Source of the DNA: an uncultured Rivularia sp. | GTDB lineage: Bacteria; Cyanobacteriota; Cyanobacteriia; Cyanobacteriales; Nostocaceae | DNA: 64,000 nucleotides | Direction of reading: 5' to 3' | Assembly: GCA_963665115.1 (NCBI GenBank) | Contig: OY762007.1 | Span: 6,784,001-6,848,000, forward strand | Shown: one piece after another, positions 61,651-64,000 of the stretch | Numbering within the stretch: the first letter of the stretch is position 1 | Layout of the letters: every line of letters starts with the position of its first letter | Notes under the pieces: model-generated | The model's input: the letters and a program-made list of their open reading frames with translations, nothing else | Database searches by the model: none | What the model was told of the DNA's origin: nothing | Translations under genes and position numbers: made by a program

Positions 61651-62667
61651 ATCGAACAGCAAAAAAATATCATAGCGATTGGTACTTCGGCAGGTGGAGT
61701 AGAAGCGCTTTCTTTTTTAGTTAGTCATTTGCCGGAGGATTTGAATGCTGCTGTAATGATAGTTTTACACGTGCCTACTCACGCTACCAGCGTTTTGCCG
61801 AATATTCTTAAACGTGCCGGAAAATTACCAACCTGTCATCCTCGAGATAATCAAGAAATTTCTCCCGGTTGTATTTATATTGCTCCGCCAGACTATCATT
61901 TATTAGTCAAGCCGGGATATCTTAGCTTGGTGCGAGGGCCAAGAGAAAACAATCATCGTCCTGCAATCGATCCTTTGTTTCGTACTGCCGCACGGGCTTA
62001 CGGAAAGCGAGTAGTTGGAGTAGTGCTTACGGGGGTACTTGATGATGGTACTGCTGGATTACAGGCGATAAAAATGCGCGGTGGCGTAGCAATTGTGCAA
62101 AGCCTGGATGATGCTGTTTATCCGGGAATGCCGCGCAGTGCAATTGAAAATGTCGAAAATATTGATTATATTCTGCCTTTGTCGGAGATTCCTGCCGTTT
62201 TAGTAGGACTAGCTAATACGCCTATTGAAGCCGAAGCCGAAAATCCCGTTTCTCACAGGATGGAAATTGAAACTGATTTGGTGGATATGGATATGCAAAT
62301 TTTAAATAGCGACGATAGGGCGGGTAAACCTTCAACCTTTGGCTGTCCCGACTGCGGCGGTACTTTGTGGGAATTGGAACAAGCTAATTTGTTACGTTTT
62401 AGATGTCGCATCGGTCATGCTTACTCTTTGGAAAGCTTGCTAGCAAAGCAGTCTGACGCTTTAGAAGATGCATTATGGTTTGCTTTGCGGGCTTTGGAAG
62501 AAAAAGCTTCTTTATCAAGACGTATGGCAAAAAGAATGCGCGATCGCAATCAGAATTTAGCCGCACAACGATTGCAAGAACAGGCAGAAGACGCTGTTGC
62601 TCGCGCTAATGTGATCCGAGAAACTTTACTTATAGGAAAGACAATTCTCCTAGATAAACCAAAATGA
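61651..62667 (+). CDS. cheB: CheB-type methylesterase with C-terminal CPDC..CRIGH extension; probable non-canonical (ATC) start
   Basis: Frame open upstream of the ORF-track TTG and includes catalytic IIAIGTSAGG; VLHVP, RPAIDPLF, LTGVLDDG. Confidence 0.85.
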   Translation: MEQQKNIIAIGTSAGGVEALSFLVSHLPEDLNAAVMIVLHVPTHATSVLPNILKRAGKLPTCHPRDNQEISPGCIYIAPPDYHLLVKPGYLSLVRGPRENNHRPAIDPLFRTAARAYGKRVVGVVLTGVLDDGTAGLQAIKMRGGVAIVQSLDDAVYPGMPRSAIENVENIDYILPLSEIPAVLVGLANTPIEAEAENPVSHRMEIETDLVDMDMQILNSDDRAGKPSTFGCPDCGGTLWELEQANLLRFRCRIGHAYSLESLLAKQSDALEDALWFALRALEEKASLSRRMAKRMRDRNQNLAAQRLQEQAEDAVARANVIRETLLIGKTILLDKPK

Positions 62668-63036
62668 TCTTATGCCCTTATCACGTACTTTCTCTTTCAC
62701 TTTATATCCTCTAATCGACCGCGTTTCTTCCGAATTAATAAAGACGGAAACTCGGTTTTTTAATGCTTCAAATTATTAGAATCAAATTATTATTATAAAT
62801 TATCAATAAATTGAGCGCTTACTTGCATAATTATTAACAAAAAAGGTTATTCAAAGGTTCTTCAGTAGTTGCTATCCTTATAGTAAGAATACTCCAAAAA
62901 ATTTTATTAGCGTTCCCATACTGCGGCTCAGCTTGTGCTGTTTTCTAATCTCTAACAGTTATGTGACTCCGCCGAGCTATCGCTAACATAAATAAAAACG
63001 GAGTTTTATAAAAAATTATCATAGGGAAATATTATA

Positions 63037-64000
63037 TTGAACAACACACCAGCAGACCCCGAATTAGAAAATTTATTACAATACATCAAAAGCAACCGTG
63101 GTTTTGATTTTATCGGCTACAAACGTGCCAGCTTAAGCCGTCGTATTCGCAAGCGGATGCAAACAGTTGCTGTAGATAATTTCAGCGAATACTTGGATTA
63201 TTTGGAGGTTCATCCCGACGAATTTGTTGAATTATTTAATACGGTTTTAATTAACGTTACCTCTTTCTTCCGAGAAACCTAAAGCTTGGGAATATATTGC
63301 TAATGAAATTATTCCGCAAATTATTCACAAACGAGAACTCGATAAACCAATTAGAATATGGAGTGCTGGATGTGCTTCCGGAGAAGAAACCTACACCATC
63401 GCGATTCTGTTAGCAGAGGCTTTGGGTATGGAAAAATATTCGCAGTGGGTGAAAGTATTTGCGACAGATGTGGATATGGAAGCACTCAGCTACGCTCGTC
63501 ATGCAAATTATAGCTTCAAAGAAATCCAGAATATTCCCTCAGAACTTGTAGAAAAGTATTTTGAACGCATAAACAATCATTTCAGCATTCAAAAAGAACT
63601 GCGTCGCGGGGTTATTTTTGGTCGTCACGATTTAGTACAGGATGCCCCTATATCTAGAATTAACTTGTTAGTATGTCGCAATACTTTAATGTATTTTAAT
63701 AGCGAAACCCAAAGCAAAATTCTTGATCGCTTTCATTTTGCATTAAATAGCAGTAGCTTCTTGTTTTTGGGTAAAGCTGAAATGTTGTTTAGTCGCAATC
63801 ATTTATTTTCAGCATTAGACTTAAGGCAACGAGTTTTTACCAAAGTTCCTAACGGTAACTTTCGACAAATGGTTATGGGAATGGGTTTCTCAGAGAATCA
63901 ACAGCAAGTTCCAGAGATAATCGATCGCAACCACATTTATGAAGCAGCATTTGAAATAGATCCGGTTGCTCAAATAGTCGTAGATATTAAGGGTATGGTA
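63037..64000 (+). CDS. cheR: CheR-type methyltransferase with start of a PAS-like domain; partial at window end (apparent +1 frameshift at 63275-63279)
   Basis: RGFDFIGYKRASL, INVTSFFR, then IRIWSAGCASGEETY, ATDVD, HDLV, CRNTLMYF, LFLGKAE in the +1 frame. Confidence 0.9.

Overview
AT-rich genomic DNA from a filamentous, probably heterocystous cyanobacterium (Nostocales-like, inferred from HIP1 GCGATCGC sites, heptamer STRR arrays, rpaB, LEVG-type PEP-CTERM proteins and Anabaena-type LexA boxes). The centrepiece is an approx. 18 kb DNA phosphorothioation (Dnd) locus directly downstream of argF-lexA (14.5-32.2 kb). It contains an SF2 helicase, a 62-aa protein coupled to a Rad50/SMC-like CxC ATPase and a 156-aa partner (together a PbeABCD-like arrangement), two divergent DGQHR/DndB-like proteins, dndC-dndD-dndE and a Dnd-associated putative methyltransferase. 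No dndA and no dndFGH are visible. Two accessory genes (the 670-aa DGQHR gene and the methyltransferase) are each bracketed by an inverted pair of a dispersed repeat. The rest is mostly housekeeping or regulatory: a PlsY-PEP-utilizer fusion, tRNA-Thr(TGT), a RelE-type TA pair, rpaB/radA, mannose-1-P guanylyltransferase/PMM, ssb, ABC ATPases and a CheB-hybrid kinase-CheB-CheR cluster. Seven genes carry a +1 frameshift in a short homopolymer, which most likely reflects systematic sequencing error rather than pseudogenisation. All family assignments come from motif recognition by eye; no searches were run.
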